Of a DNA stretch of 64,000 nucleotides, positions 63,303 to 64,000 are shown piece after piece. Origin of the DNA: an uncultured Gammaproteobacteria bacterium (GTDB taxonomy: Bacteria > Pseudomonadota > Gammaproteobacteria > CAWCPV01); assembly GCA_963797555.1 (NCBI GenBank), contig CAWCPV010000016.1:64001-128000 (forward strand), in the 5' to 3' direction. The translations under genes were made by a program, and so were the position numbers. How positions within the stretch are numbered: the first letter of the stretch is position 1; each line of letters opens with the position of its first letter. The notes beneath the pieces are model-generated. The model was not told the origin of the DNA. It did no database searches and saw only the letters and a list, made by a program, of their open reading frames with translations.

Positions 63303-63813
63303 TTCGTTTTCCCCTCAAAGGGCATATCGGGAATGGATGTACTCTACCTGCCCGATGCGACAAACTGCGTCTTTACGATGGGAGGGTACGGCGTGGGAGA
63401 CCATGCCGCGGTGAGTTGAGTTCACTCGGGGGCCCGGTAATCACCGGGGACGTTCCTTCCGTAGCTCCGCGGTGAACACGATGCTGTGGGAGTCCTCGCC
63501 CCAGTCCGGGCGGCCGAGCCTGACGCGCTAACAAACTTGTCAACTTCTGTCCCCTCCCCTGCTCGGCACGCACTTGAGGTTCGGCTCGACCACCGGCGAG
63601 GTCATTCGAAGTCCCGGTCGCCGTGCACCGACCGTGCTCGATCGCGATGGGTGCGACGAGGCAGTCCAATGTCGAGCGCACTGCGAGTCCGCGCGCGGCG
63701 GCGCCGATAGAACTCCGCTGCCCGCCAGGTCCCGACGGGTTCGAGCGGATGCCTGAAGGTCAGCGAACCGAGGCAGGTCCCCAGTGGTCGAAATCCTCCT
63801 GCCCGCGCGCGGG

Positions 63814-64000
63814 TTACCCGGACGGTGCGGACCCGCCTATGCCTTGGTTATCCGAAACCTCCGCCATGGCGCGGTCCGCCTCATCACTGAAATCGCGTTC
63901 CACGGATTGGTGCAGCAATTCGAGCTCCCGCTGAAGCCGTCCTCTCCGCGCGTCCGGCAGGACCCGGTCCAGGTGTTCCAGCATGGCGCGCAGCCGACGG
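63814..64000 (-). CDS. 3' end of a probable DUF2254 membrane protein (runs off the window)
   Basis: RRLRAMLE.L...LP..R...L..EL..L....D.QGIGG*. Confidence 0.6.
   Translation of the reverse strand, partial: RRLRAMLEHLDRVLPDARRGRLQRELELLHQSVERDFSDEADRAMAEVSDNQGIGGSAPSG

Overview
GC-rich bacterial window, probably gammaproteobacterial (inferred from protein families only), in two halves. (1) 1-31.6 kb is an all-plus-strand energy and storage cluster: ppk2, pyk, phosphoketolase, LOG, glycogen phosphorylase, RND pump, NDH-2, OmpA lipoprotein, DUF3141-pta-ackA-fabI, and a V/A-type ATPase operon in the order B-D-I-K-E-C-A, plus several gene remnants. (2) 32-63.4 kb is a defence island. It holds a six-gene type 1-like BREX system (brxA-B-C, pglX, pglZ, brxL) with toxin-antitoxin modules inserted on both sides of pglX. 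It also has a divergent WYL regulator / tandem-AAA ATPase pair with a palindromic operator that recurs upstream of a DUF2779 nuclease gene, and a run of small TA cassettes around a RAYT transposase. An IS66 element with an 8-bp target duplication and a DUF4338 passenger splits the nuclease gene of an uncharacterised two-gene module. About 20 single-base frameshifts in otherwise intact genes suggest uncorrected long-read errors. No rRNA, tRNA or CRISPR array was seen. All family calls are by motif recognition, not database search.
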